A stretch of 64,000 bases of DNA from Azolla caroliniana (Eukaryota > Plantae > Polypodiophyta): positions 15,996,001-16,060,000 of the forward strand of contig JBHGNT010000006.1 in NCBI GenBank assembly GCA_043228905.1, read 5' to 3'. Positions 36,901 through 48,977 of this stretch are shown in pieces. The notes under the pieces are model-generated. The model was not told where the DNA came from. It saw only the letters and a list, made by a program, of their open reading frames with translations, and did no database searches. Position 1 is the first letter of the stretch. Each line of letters begins with the position of its first letter. The position numbers and the translations under genes were made by a program.

Positions 36901-38029
36901 TTGAAGAAGAGCCTGTACGGACTGAAGCAGGCTCCCCGACAATGGTACCGGAAGTTCGACTCCTTCATGACCGATCAAGGGTACCACAAGACGTAGCCCG
37001 ATCATTGTCTGTTTGTGAAGAAGTTTGAAGGAGGCGACTTCCTGATACTCCTTCTGTACGTGGACGGCATGTTGATCGTCGGACGGGACCAAGCCAAAAT
37101 ATGGATGCTGAAGAAGGCCCTCAACCGGACCTTCTAAATGAAAGACTTGGGTCCGGCAAGATAGATGTTGGGGATGCATATCATCCGGAGCCGGTCAATG
37201 AAGCAATTGTGGCTGTCACAGGAGAAGAACGTGACAAAGGTGCTTCAGCGGTTCAACATGTCAGATGCGAAACCGGTCGGATCGACACTCCCGGAAAACT
37301 CCAGATTATCCGGTAAGCAAATCCTGAAGACGAAAGTAGAGAAGGGTGATATGATGAAGGTTCCATATGCCTCTGCCGTTGGGAGCTTAATGTACGCAAT
37401 GGTGTGTACCCGATCGGATATAGGATACAAAATCGGAGTGGTGAGCCGGTTTATGAGGAATCCCGGCAAGGACTACTGGAACATGGTCAAATGGATACTC
37501 CGGTACTTGAAGGGCACTTCCAATATGTGTCTCCGATTCGGCTCCGGAAAACCTCAACTTGACGGTTTTACCGATTCGGACATGTTGGGTGATGTGGATA
37601 CCAGCCGGTCTACATCCGGATATGTAATGACATATGCAGGGGGAGCAGTTTCGTGGTAGTCGAGGCTGTAGAGGACGGTTGCGTTGTCAACCACGGAGGC
37701 GGAGTACATGGATGGCGGCTGTGGAAACCGGCAAGGAAATATTATGGATGAAGGACTTCATCGGAGAGTTCGGTATCCGGCAAGATGAATACCGGCTCTA
37801 TTGCGACAGTCAAAGTGCCATCCACCTTGCTAAGAATGCGGAATACCATTCCCGGACGAAGCATATCCAGCATAGGTATCACTGGATCCGGGAAAGAGTA
37901 GATGACCAGGAGCTCGCGCTGATGAAGATCCACATGGCCGAGAACGGGTCAGATATGCTGACCAAAGTACTGACACCTGACAAGCTGGATGCATGTCGGA
38001 TGCTGACAAGACATCCCATGCCAGAGTGA
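33988..38029 (+). pseudogene. D2 Copia polyprotein, heavily disrupted
   Basis: Collinear with D1; many stops and frameshifts. Confidence 0.93.
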
Positions 38030-38038
38030 AGGGGGAGA
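38028..38038 (+). promoter_or_regulatory. D2 polypurine tract
   Basis: GAAGGGGGAGA, then T, then TGTTAGG. Confidence 0.92.
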
Positions 38039-38039
38039 T

Positions 38040-38729
38040 TGTTAGGAAACAGGTCCCTCCGGATGGGAAGTGAGAAGAACCGTGTTGATGGGAAACCGGA
38101 TGTGGAGTACCCGGCAACAGAAGACCTGGTGAGAACCGGATGAGGAGTACCCGACAACGGAAGACCCGGTGAGAACCGGATGAGGAGTACCCGGAAACGG
38201 AAGACCCGGTGAAAACTGGATGATGAGTGCCCGGCAAGCACCCGATGATGCAGGCCCGATGAGGAGTGCTCACCGTATGAAGGGACATATTTGTAAATAT
38301 GTTTTCTGAGAGTCTATCGGGGCTATATTCGTAAATAGCCGAAAAGGCATATTAGTATAAATATGACTTACGGAAAACTTAGTATAATAATGTGGTTTTC
38401 ATTCTTGTTGGCTCAAGATTAGAGCGCGTAACTGTGTACAGAGAGAGAGAGAGAGAGGAAGAGGTCATTGCCTCTGTTGTAACCGCCGCTTGTGGCGAAG
38501 ATAGCAAGCTCGAGGTCGTTGCCTCGGTGCTTCTCTATTGTACATTTAGATATAGTGATAGTTGCAAGATGTGGGCTACCGTGGTTTTTCCCTAGTTTGG
38601 GTTTTCCACGTTAACATCCTGTGTACTCTTCTCTTCACTGTGTCGTGCATTCATTCCCGTTTTCTAGGTTTGATTCTAAGCTCGGTTGTGGCCGAGCGTT
38701 GTTCATCGGAGAGCGGATAGTTTCTGTCA
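38040..38729 (+). repeat. D2 3' LTR
   Basis: TGTTAGG...CTGTCA. Confidence 0.93.
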
Positions 38730-39101
38730 CTATGACCGGGGAAGATTGAAGAAGGAGATTGGGTGATTGTCTACGACAGTAGTTTGGATCATCAACATAC
38801 GACGATGCGGAAGTTCGTGAAAAGATGGTTCGGGCCATACGAGGTTCGGAATGTTTTTGACAACGGAACTTACCGACTATGCGAGTTGGATGGAACGATG
38901 CTACGATTGCCTATAGCCGGGAAACAGGTGAAGATTTTTAAGAAGCGTACTGAAGAAGAAACCTATGTGATCCTAGACAAGACCGACAAGAAGGAGCAAT
39001 CGGATGAAGATTGCAGTGATGCGGAAAGCGAGGAAAGTGGATTACAACTCATAGTTGACTTAAGGGGAGAATTGGAGGAAGCTTCGGATGAAGGTGAATA
39101 G
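38730..39101 (+). pseudogene. C1 integrase C-terminus
   Basis: KIEEGDWVIVYDSSLD...WFGPY, homologous to C2 and C3. Confidence 0.88.
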
Positions 39102-39119
39102 CAAGCATCGGGGACTTCG

Positions 39120-39157
39120 GCACATACCGAAGGATGTGCGGTTTCGGAGGGTGCGAG
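39120..39157 (+). promoter_or_regulatory. C1 pre-LTR hairpin plus G-rich PPT-like tract
   Basis: GCACAT-ACCGAAGG-ATGTGC, then GGTTTCGGAGGGTGCGAG. Confidence 0.7.
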
Positions 39158-39962
39158 TGTCGTAGTGTAATTCGCACACTATGTGAAAAATTACATTTTT
39201 GGTTTCTCCGGATAGGATATGGAGTACCCAATGAGAACCGGAAGGAAGAACCGGTGAGGACCGAAACCGGTAAGGAGACCCGGCAAGAGCCGAATGAAGA
39301 AGGCCGGTGAGAGTCGGTGAGAAACGGACGAAGAGGACCGGTAAGCAAGATCCGGTAAGAACCGGATAAAGAAAACCGGCGAGAACCGGATGAAGCAGAA
39401 CCGGCAAGAGCCGGATGAAGAAGGCCGGTGAGAGTCTCTCACCAGATGAAGAGACATATTTGTAAATAGAAGAAAGTATAAAATTATATATTACATGCAT
39501 ATGGCAAGATTCGAACCTTGCACCTCCATGGTAATAATGTTAAGCCTTATCATTATACTAGCATATTATGAATTTTAAAGTTATACTAAAAGCTAATCAT
39601 GCACGTGCAGTGTGCATGAAAACTAAAATTAGGAAAAGCCAGATGCTTGCATGTGATAAACTTAGACTCTTCCAACACTATATAAGGAAGAGAGAAAGAT
39701 GTATAGAGGTTGTTGATTATTTTACAAGGGTTGATTAATATAATATAATTGTGGGATCCACGAGTTTGCTAACTATTTTTCTCTCTTAATTTGAGTACTC
39801 ACTAATACACTATACTCGTGGGATTCACGAGTTTTTCATATCTTTCTTTCTTACAATATATTTCATATTCTTAATTGCCTTAGAATTTTCTTTCCTCCTA
39901 GTCCAAAACCCCAGCGGTTCCCAACCGACTCACGCAATGATCCGGAGCAGAAAGACACGACA
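39158..39962 (+). repeat. C1 3' LTR
   Basis: TGTCGTAG...CACGACA. Confidence 0.93.
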
Positions 39963-41023
39963 ATGCTCACCCCGGGTATGCCCGTCACCCGTTCTTCCAT
40001 GGTCTGGCGGAAGCGTGGGACTAGCTGAAGCAGCTTCTCCATGGTTAACGTTATCTCGCAACCCGCTAATGCCTGCCAAATGGGGTCCGAGACCGGTCCT
40101 TCGTCCTCCTCTCGCTCCCTCGTATTCGCGGACTCCTTCTGCATGCGCTTTGTATTGGTCGCGTTTGCTTTTTCCAACCATGCCTAGGCTTGTCGTCGTA
40201 TCTCATCTTGCGCAGCCCAATCAACTGTTTTTGTTTGTTGGCGTGCCGTGACTTGCTGCACTTCCGCCGTAATCGTATTGACGGCGGGCCCCTTGCCCTT
40301 GCGTGGCATAATGTCCGGGCTGCTGACAAATAAAACAATGGATGCTTGATTCGCCCTTCTCGGCTCCCGATGGTGTGTGTCGATCCCCTGGTGCGACTTG
40401 CTCCTCACGGTCCGGCCTTGTTTGTCGGAACACACGCGGTGGTTGTTGTTGGTCCCATCGTGGTTCTTGCTGTCGCTCATCTCCCGAGCTTTCGTCGTAA
40501 CGTCGGTGATCTCGATATTGTTGTGGCTTCCCACGATAACCATTGAAGCCGCCACGTTTGTTTGTCGGCCGGTGATTCTCATAGCGCCGGCCCCCTTTAG
40601 CATAACTCAGATGTCCACAATAATCCTCATCCTCTGGTTCGTCTTCCTCAGAATCGTTGTGATTTCGGCAATTCCGGTGGTTTCGGTCGTCATGTGGGTT
40701 GCGATCCATATACCGTGGTCGGTCATCTTGCCTCCTTTGTTCAGTATGCTATGGGGGACGCTGTGTGTCCATGCTGCGGATTGTGGGAGCGGCTCTGTTC
40801 AACATATTGTATTTGCATTGTTCGACTGTGTGAGCCTTTGAGTGGCAGAATGGGCAGTGGATTCACATCTTGCACTCCACTACGGAATGCTCCGAGTTCA
40901 AGCAAATCATGCACTGGATTGCTTGACGAAACTGGCATTCCTCGTCCTGGGGTAAGGCTTGTCGTAAAGAGGACATAGAAAACCTTTCCTCCTGCTCGTC
41001 CAACTCGAGCTGTAATGCTCGTT
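39963..41023 (-). pseudogene. Element H gag (zinc-knuckle region), degraded
   Basis: FRQAIQCMICLN.., CFICQQPGHYA, KGKGPAVN, WQALAGCEITL...LLQLVPRF, homologous to A/B gag. Confidence 0.87.
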
Positions 41024-41456
41024 TGTTACCGGTCGGCAAAGGAGTCCAGAGTGTGAAACGGGGAGTTATTTAATTAGTAGGAATGGTTGTAAGTAAGCTA
41101 TGACTGTGGATGGACGGACCGGAATCGGTATGCCGTTCCGGATCCGGACCGATCCCGAACAGGTGCGGATGGCACCGTTTTGTACTACAGACCGGAAACC
41201 TATTTAAAGGCCCGGATACAATGTAATGAGTAGCGGTTAATTAATAAAGCTTAGTGTTGTTATCTCTCTGTGTTAATTGCCGTTCTGCATTCATTGTTAT
41301 ATCTTACGCGTGTGATTATTAAGGACGATCTTGCTAAGTAACTTAATTAAGTCGGATTAAGCGTTGAGTCTAATCTTGTTGGCGGAACACCCCTTTGGTG
41401 AAGTGTCTTCCGTAGACACCCTGTGTTAGGCCATTGTCCGGCCCTAAGAGTTAACA
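41024..41456 (+). repeat. A2 5' LTR
   Basis: TGTTACCGG...GTTAACA; diverged homolog of the A1 LTR. Confidence 0.9.
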
Positions 41457-41508
41457 CAGTTTTTGGCGACCACGATTCTTGTTTTTGCAACGAACGACGG
41501 TACGGATG

Positions 41509-44500
41509 GATGACTAGATCAACACACGACCTGGTTACAGATCGAACTCGACGCCTTGCCGAAAGGCAAAGGAGACATGAGGCTTTCCAGCAAGCGGCGC
41601 AGGAAATTAGAGCACATCGCTCGTTTTCCAACGTAATCCGGAGAGTAGCGGAGGACTCCCTCTAGTTACAGCAAACATCGCACCCGGACGACGGCAGCAA
41701 CCTAAGCAGCCTCCGGGAAACCGAATCCCTTCTCCAGGCGTTGGCAAACGGAGAAGGCGAAGCAGAAGCCTTTTCAGCATATGAATCGGATTCCGAATGG
41801 GGAGTACATCGTGCACATGAACTACCGTAGCAGCAACGAAACCCCGGGCGGACCGGAGGACGGAGGATCAGACACCTTACTGACACCGGAACCGGAAGTG
41901 CTAAGGCTGGAACCTCCGGAACCAGCAGAGGAAGAGCGACCTCCGACACGGGAAGTCGAAGAGGAGAGGCCTCCGTCACCAAAAGAAGAGGAAAGACCAC
42001 CGACGCTGGAAACAAATCAGGAAAGACCACTGACGTTGGAGAAAATCCAAGAACAACCACCAACACTGCCAGCCTGCGCACCAATACCGGACGACGACAT
42101 GTCGTTCCAGTACTCCAAGTATAGAGATGATCCGGACATGGAAGCTCACATTCACGCCTTCGAACAGACATGGGAAGCAAACCATGTGTCCCAGCGATTG
42201 ACCCTGAAGGAAGAGGAACGCTCTAAGATAGCGGAATTTGGCGTCACATTGGAGGAACCGGTAGCAAGATGGCGTCGGACGCAGGACGCGTGTACCATCA
42301 CCACCTTTGCAGATTTAAAAGCTAAATTCTTGCATTTTTTCCAAAAGGAGGTGGACCAGACAGTAATGGTGGGCTTATTTTATACCATCCAACAGGAGGC
42401 AGGGGAGAGCATTCCCCAGTTTGTCACCCGGTTTCAACGGATGCATAGCCAGCTTGCCCGCGCACCCCCGGAGGAGGAATTATGGACTATATTCCTAAAT
42501 GCGCTCCGGGAACCCCTACACATGGTTTGCACAGTAATGGACTTCCGCACAAGTACCATCGACCAGGTCATTGACCGGGTGAGAGAGATGGAAAAGACAA
42601 GCTCCTGGCTCACACTGGGAGCACTCTAATGGGCGTTATCGTCCGATGAAGACCTCCGGTTTCGGCAAGCAATACAGTTCACATCCTGCTTGAATTCCAC
42701 ACACTCGGCACTCGAATACACTATGAGGACGCAATGTGTAATCTGTCAATCCAAGGGCCATACGACGGATAGGTGCGAGTATAATCTATTGAACCGGCAA
42801 GCACCGCTCGTCCGACAAATAGAGCCACCTGGGAGCTGGGATGAAGAAGAGGAACGCTGGCAGCGAACGGACCGCGACCGACCGGCACAGGATGTCCGGT
42901 ATGGCGATCGACGGGAGAATGATGTCTGGTACGGTGATCAGTGGGATATCTATGACCAGCATGATCGATATGATCGGTATCGGGATTACAATAGATGATA
43001 CGAATATTACGACCGTGAGCACTCCCCCGGGTGTCGTCAGCAACGGGAGGAATACGGCAGATATAACGACCAACCTCGTCAAGAGTACCGCAATAAGAAG
43101 AACTATAACAAAAAACGGCATTTCAAAAAAGGCGGCTACCCACGGGATCCGGAACAAGGAGCTTCAAGCAGCCAACTGGCCCAAAACCACGCGCTTACCA
43201 CGGGACCTGCCTCGGGTACAACAGACAATGCCGAATCCAGCAATACCCGGAAAGCTTACTCCTACTATTGCCGACAGGAAGGCCATTATAGTAATCAATG
43301 CCTAGTGAAGAGCTATGACAAACGACCGGCAGTAAATATGGTAGTCCCTGAAGTGGCAGATCTGTAGCAGGTGACCACAAGGTCGAAGGGCATGGCCAAG
43401 GAATGGGAGACGCAGGAGACCATCCGGAAGCAAGCGACGGAATGGGTGAAAAAAGCAAACGAGCAAAATGTCACAGACTTACAATGGCAAAAGGAGAATA
43501 CCGTAGGGCTTGCCCGGGACAGTCACTCCGAGAACGAGCCATGGCTGGCGTTGCAAGAATGCCAGATTACGCTGCCACTAGGAAGACTCCTACAGCTCGT
43601 GCCAAGATTCACGGAAGGACTAAAGACGGCCATGACGGTAGGAGAATCATCATTGGCACCGGTACTCTTCTCGAATCTGGAGGAGGGACCAACGATGGTG
43701 GACATCAACAGTCCGGTAATCACTGCCATTGTAAAAGGGAAAGAACTCCCCGGCACAGTTATAGACGGAGGCTCCGGTGTGAATGTAATAAGCCTCCGGA
43801 CGTGTGATGCCCTGGGAATCCACGAGTGGGAGCCGTGTTCGTTCTGGTTACAGATGGCCGATACAAGCTCAGTGCGGCCGACAGGATTAATACGGAAATT
43901 AGAAGTCACCGTGGGCGGTCATACATTTCACATCTCGGTAGTAGTGCTACAATTACAGGCACAAGGCGCATACCCGCTATTGCTGGGGCGGCCGTGGTTG
44001 AAGACGGCACATATCAAACACAATTGGAGGAAAAATATAATTACCTTCTGGCGAGGAAAAGCCAAGGTACGGGTACCAACACAGCGAAGGACGAACACTG
44101 GCAAGGAATGTACACCGTTGTACGCAGAGTGCGTCAACATGCTAGAAGGGTTAGCTAACGAAGAAGAAGCTCAGTACTTGCAGGAAAACCCGAAGATCAT
44201 ACCCCTCTTCGAAATTGACATTGCCGAAGCAGTAGCACCATACTTACCGCAACCGGAAGAGGCTGAAGCAGAACCGGATAAAGACGCAATCCGGGAGTTA
44301 CGGCAAGCGCGCAAGATTGCTTGTGTGCTCCACGAATACGGCCATGTGTACCCTAGACCCCCTGTCATGCCGCAGAACTGGGCAGGGATGATCATCGCCA
44401 CCTATGAAGGGATCAAGGTGTATTGGCCAGTATTGATCGCAGACGGTTTGTGTGCAGCGATCGAGATCGTCAGAGGCAAAGACGGCAAAGAAGGTCGAGA

Positions 44501-44610
44501 CGGACGGAGGATATGGCACGTCGTAATGCAGTGGCTCACCTTACTTGTGCCACCCGTTCAGCCCGTCTAGCCCAAGAAGCGGGGAAGAGTGGCGGACGGC
44601 ACCCCAAAGA
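41509..44610 (+). pseudogene. A2 gag-protease fused in frame to an ORF3 fragment
   Basis: ...DAIRELRQA|RKIACVLHEYGHVYPRPP; RT/RH/INT absent; several stops in gag. Confidence 0.88.
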
Positions 44611-45590
44611 CTCGTGAAGATCCGTCACTACGCGCGGATCGTGAGGCGGAACCGCCCGGGGTTCTGGACCGGAAGGATTCAAAGTCGGTACAAGCTTTGG
44701 CGCAAGCTTTAGCGAGAAAGTACTTAAGATAAATTGGGAAAGAGAGAAGTTGAGATTACACGATTGAGAGAGATTGATTGAAGTTTTAACTTTAGATTTA
44801 AGAAACAAGTTACACGATCAATTTCATAACGAATTTCTTCCTCTTAATTTTCATAATAAAAAAAACGTGTTTTTTCTCCTCCCCCTTCCTTCTTTTATAG
44901 ATGCTCTCATGCATATGATGCATGTGAGGGTACGAGACATGCATAAATTGCCTGTTTTCCATTTGGCGCTTATGTATTACATGTGGTGCATGATAACCAT
45001 GTCACTCATTTTAGCTCTCATGTATGAGAATTTACATGTAAAAGTACAATGATAGAAATATAAATTCAACTAAATAGCATGGCGTAATGGTAAGCCAATT
45101 GACTCCTAACTTGGAGGTGCAAGGTTCGAATACTTACTTGCCCTCCTTGTATATGTATATATATTTATATATTTATTTATCTAGTCGCCGAACGGCGGTT
45201 CGCAGGATGCCGTCGTCAAATATCGGTGCCTCGCCGGATGCCGTCGTCTCACCAGCGCCGAATACCGGTGCCGCTGCCGGATCACCGGCGCCGGATGTCG
45301 TCGGTTACTAGTGCCTCGTGAGATGCCGGATTGCCGTCGTATCACCGGCCCCATCGCCGGTCGGGTTTTGGTTGGCCAAAGCCCTTTACGAGTAGCTAGC
45401 CCACCTCCACTCTTAGTTCAAGTTACCTTGAACTCTCTATGCTCCACACATAGACACAAAGATAATATCTTTTGCTCTACCTTATATATGATGAGAGCCG
45501 TATTTGTCGTGCCTATGTGGGATATCTCACAATTTTCTCTTTTCCTTTCACAAACTTTATACCCTCATATCTTGACATTTAGTTGTCCGT
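44610..45590 (-). repeat. C-family LTR (probable C3 3' LTR, left part); left boundary approximate
   Basis: U5 motif CGCGGAT..TGAGGCGGAACC..GGGGT.CTG.ACC shared with C2/C1; TCGTGAAGAT is inverted to ATCTTCACGA at 62034-62043; minus-strand TATAAAA at ~44895. Confidence 0.65.
45080..45133 (+). promoter_or_regulatory. tRNA-type Pol III box A and box B inside an LTR
   Basis: TGGCGTAATGG (45080-45090), 32-nt spacer, GGTTCGAATAC (45123-45133). Confidence 0.65.
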
Positions 45591-45622
45591 TGTCGAGGTA
45601 CTCCTCGCGGATGCATGGAATG

Positions 45623-46078
45623 TGTTAATCGGCTAATTACTAACTACTACCGATACAGAAGAGTGAACGTCGCTACTCAACGTTCTAACAAGGAATTGTG
45701 TTTTACGAACGGAATTATACTATATTAATCGGTAATTACCGTGATCGTTACTTAGTTATAAATTAGGAAGCTTGCACTTAAGAACATAAACAATAGAAAG
45801 AACACAGAATCCGTACAGGATATTCCTAACTTAAACTTATATTACTAAATAAACGACCTTTCTTACAATGCCTTCGGTTCCCTTTTATAGGTATACCGAA
45901 GGTCTTTTCTCATCAAGAACTATTCCTACTTACTATCAAGATTTACAAAATTATCTAACTAACTTAGTTCTCTTCGTTTACTGCTGAGTCATTGATCCGA
46001 ACAGTCGATCCGAACCGACTCTGTTTTCGACGCTTTCCCACTTGTTCGGTAAAACTGACTGTCCGGGTCCGGGTAACA
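45623..46078 (-). repeat. B2 3' LTR
   Basis: Reverse complement of B1 LTRs. Confidence 0.95.
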
Positions 46079-46080
46079 CT

Positions 46081-46122
46081 TGGCACGTCCGTGGGCCAGG
46101 ACCTTGTCCAGCGAACCCACGC
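46081..46122 (-). other. tRNA-Arg-like 3' half ending in CCA at the position of the PPT (B2)
   Basis: Reverse complement of 31617-31658; 2 nt from the LTR. Confidence 0.78.
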
Positions 46123-48576
46123 CTATTCCTGTAGCTCTTCATCCGAATCGTTCAGAATATCAAAAATCGAAGGCTCATCTGGCCTTGGATGTATTCCACC
46201 TATATTTTCCTCTTCATCTTCATCTGTGTCATAGTCGTCCTTCGGAGCAGGTTGTGATTCGGTTGGCTGCTCTGATTCACTTCTTCCGGAAGCTTGAATA
46301 CCAGGAGTCTTGCTGGTTCTTTCGGCTTCGATTTTATCCAACTGGACGGAAGTGCCTATATCATTTTTGTCGAATTCTTGCATAATACGTTGAATTTCTT
46401 CTTTGTAAAATGCCGCAATTTCGTCCATATCTTTCATGATATCCTCTTGGATATTGTCAATATCCTTTTGTGCCATTTTAAAAAAACCTGCACCTTGGAC
46501 CTGATGGTTATTTTTGTCGGCACACAATAACTGTCATTCCGCCGCTTGTGCTGTCCATAACTTCCATCCTTGCGCAAGGGATTCATCGATCATTTTCTTT
46601 GCTAGGGTTCGATGTTTCCCTATGATGTGCTGCACTTTGTCCCTAGTGATGCTTGCGACGTATTGGGCGGTCTGCAACTCTTTCTGTAAATCCGTAATAG
46701 TGGTTCGGTTCTCACTTTCAGCTCGCATTAGTTTGGATTCGACTACATATATATCCAGCCGTCTTTGTTCTGATATCTTCCGAATTTCATCCAGTTGTTG
46801 TTCGAATGCCGATTTCTCTTTACTCCATTCCTCCTGCTGTTCCGTCATTCTTCTATTGACTTCTTCAAGACTCCGCTCTTTTTCTGTCAATTGACTTTCC
46901 TGTGACACTATATACCTTTCGAATTCTTCAATTTGTTCGGTATATGTATGATTGGCCGTCTTAGCTTCTTCTAGATTTTTCTGTAATTCGTTTATTACTT
47001 GATTTTTTTCTTCGAGAACTTTGTATTGACCATTCTGAATGGTTTCTATTTGTTTTTCTAATTCTGTAGTTCGAAATACAACATTGTTGGCCCTTGTTGT
47101 TTCTGCTTGACGTGCTTTCTCAGCGTCCTCCAATTTCTGCTGCCATTCTGACTCCGACACCATAAGCCGTGCCTGTGTTTCCCATTTGTTTAGACTTTCC
47201 TTTAGTTCTTTATTTTCTGCCTGTATGTTACAAAACTGATGTTTCAGCACCTCCGCCGATGCTGATACACTTTTGTATCTTTCAGCCATATCACTGGCTG
47301 CTTTGCGTGCCGTTTCATATTCTTTATGAATTTCGACCAGTGCTTCATGTAATGGTGGCATTTCAATGGCCTCCCCTCTATTCTGTGCACTTCTTTTCCG
47401 GCCTATTTTCTCTATCTCTGCTTTTTCTTGAGGTTCCAACACTCCTCGTAAGGCTTTCTGTATCATTATTCGGTCATTATGTTCTTGAGCCAGCCGTTCT
47501 GATACTTCTGTCAGTCTTTTAGCCAACCATTCAACCAGTTCGTATGAAGTTCCGAACTGTAAAATGGCAGCTAATTCATGTGCTGCTGGTGGGATATCCA
47601 AGTACCCATGTGCTTCCCGAATTGCTACTTTTGAAGATTGTCCTTGGTGAGGTTGTGTCGAAACGCTCTCATTCCCTGGTTTTAGTACTTCTGTTACCAC
47701 AGGCGTATTCGAATTTTCATTTGTGCGTTGCCTTTTCGGTGCTGATCCCTCACTGTTTTCTGGTTGGAATTGCCGATTAGCCTTTTGTTTAATCCTTGTC
47801 CTTTGTCGCATCTTCTCTGCTTGTTGTCGATTTTCTGTCGGTTGTTGCTTGTTTATCAAATTGTCAACTGTTTCTTGATCGGCTGCTGGTTGCATGTTTT
47901 CGGAATTCTCTGGTCTTGGTGGTTCCGACTGAGGCATATTCGTTTGTATATTATCGGCATGTGCCGATTCTTCTTCTATCCATTCTTCATGTACTACCTG
48001 TCGGTGTCTTCGTGGTGCTTGTACTATCGGTGGTCTTCTTGACTGAACAGGAGTTTTCGATTCTTGAATCGGAAACAATACTGATAACCAACGACCAAAA
48101 ATTTGCTTCATCGGTTTTCCTGTTTTTACCCCTTGTAGCTGCTCTCTCAGAGCTTCCCCCGACAATAGTGGCCAGTTGAAATCCTCTTTTTCGCATGCGG
48201 CTATGATAAACCCAGCCCTTTTTTTCGGCATACAATAAAAACGAGGACTGACAAATCCCACCTCTAATAAAAATCTAGCCACTTCATGAAAAAACTCATC
48301 CCGACCTCCATAAGTCTGATATGCTTTTGCCGAGGGTGAGTATTCCCCGAAATACGATTGGAGTGCTTCTGATGAAGGTTTTTTAACTGCCTCAAAGCCT
48401 CCTCTTGGCATCTGTAATGCATTTCGTATTTTCTTTGTGGTGATTTTGGTGATGTCTATATGTTGTACCAATTCTTCCGCCTGCGGATGAGGTTCCGCTT
48501 CTGCTACTTTGATGAAACCTTGTAAGTTTCTCTCATGAAGCCACAATCGCAGTTCTTCAGATACAGGAATCGGCAT
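46123..48576 (-). pseudogene. B2 third ORF (coiled-coil protein), one premature stop at ~46534
   Basis: ORFs 46534-48738 and 46123-46527 are in the same frame. Confidence 0.88.
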
Positions 48577-48977
48577 GACTTCTGTGTTTCCTTGTTCTGA
48601 ATCACTTGTCGATAACGGTTGCAGATCTGCACAGTTTCTGTAGCTATGAAAATCAGAAAAACAGAGTTTGGGCGAACTAGGGCACGAAGGCTCAGACTGT
48701 TTCGATATCTGCACTCGTTTCCGTTGTTTCGGCGACACTGACGATACAGAAATATGCTTTTAAGATATTAACTTATGCATGATGACTTAAAGAATAGTAA
48801 TTGCTATTAATGTAGGAGTTAATTAGTATTCACTCTACGTGTAGTGGTTGTACTCCTTACTAATAATCATGCAATTCCTCTTTCTATTTATAGTCGATTC
48901 ATACTGTTATGGCAAGATTGTATTGCTGCATTTGACAAGAACTATTGAGTGAGTTAGTTAGTTTTTTTTTTTTTTTT

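Larger units (their letters stand above)
33358..38729 (+). mobile_element. Ty1/Copia element D2 (5' LTR clipped)
   Basis: LTR 33358-33970, PBS TAGTATCAGAGC 33974-33985, degraded polyprotein, PPT, 3' LTR 38040-38729. Confidence 0.93.
13695..39962 (+). mobile_element. Ty3/Gypsy element C1 (tRNA-Trp-primed lineage), interrupted by the Copia pair at 19220-38729
   Basis: LTRs 13695-14491 and 39158-39962. Degenerate 4-bp TSD ACGT/ATGC; an ancestral ACGC restores host frame G-V-S-V-A-T-N. Confidence 0.92.
41024..44610 (+). mobile_element. Ty3/Gypsy A2 (family A), internally deleted; 3' part displaced out of the window by C3
   Basis: LTR 41024-41456 homologous to A1 LTR; PBS 41464-41475; gag-PR collinear with A1. 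Confidence 0.9.

Noticed and set aside
45071-45143. Functional tRNA gene
   Set aside because: Has A/B boxes but no convincing acceptor or anticodon stems; reported as a tRNA-derived segment only.
45505-45590. TGTCGTG at 45505 as the C3 LTR boundary (separate short LTR)
   Set aside because: Lacks the family U5 motif found at ~44630; a single longer LTR from ~44610 is simpler. Remains possible until the C3 5' LTR is seen.
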